Notes under the pieces: model-generated
The model's input: only the letters and a program-made list of their open reading frames with translations
What the model was told of the DNA's origin: nothing
Database searches by the model: none
Source: Mobula hypostoma
Taxonomy: Eukaryota
Length of the DNA: 64,000 nt
Reading direction: 5' to 3'
Assembly: GCF_963921235.1 (NCBI RefSeq)
Contig: NC_086109.1
Location: 31,002,001 to 31,066,000 of the forward strand
Made by a program: the position numbers and the translations under genes
Shown: in pieces, positions 63,831 to 64,000 of the stretch
Layout: each line of letters opens with the position of its first letter
How positions within the stretch are numbered: position 1 is the stretch's first letter

Positions 63831-64000
63831 TTCTTTTGGTTTGCATTGGGCCTCACGTTGACAGAGGAGAAGACTGAAGCAAGACAGTCAGGTCATTGTT
63901 GTACCAGGCTTAGCTGTTGAAATGACATACAGCGTGATCTTGGATGCTCTTGAGCTGTTTTGCTCTGCCAGTATTATAGAAAGCGATGCAGTTCAGGACT

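Overview
This is AT-rich vertebrate genomic DNA, not prokaryotic. The repeat landscape (CR1 LINEs, V-domain SINEs, Penelope, Rex1/Babar, RTE, Tc1, hAT) points to a cartilaginous fish, probably a ray; the taxon is an inference. The only host-gene sequence I can support is one 128-bp coding exon (50592-50719, +) of a TAFA5/FAM19A5-like neurokine, so most or all of the window is probably intronic. Nearly every listed ORF is a decayed transposon fragment or a chance ORF. Notable structure: (1) minimal hammerhead-ribozyme motifs in several Penelope termini, one with an intact catalytic core; (2) fold-back elements built from two Penelope ends; (3) a four-level TE nest, Tc1 > Gypsy > CR1 > Rex tail; (4) an R4/Dong-clade retrotransposon relic; (5) an unexplained ungapped 120-bp duplication 22 kb apart. 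TE family names come from motif recognition without database searches, and boundaries of old elements are approximate.
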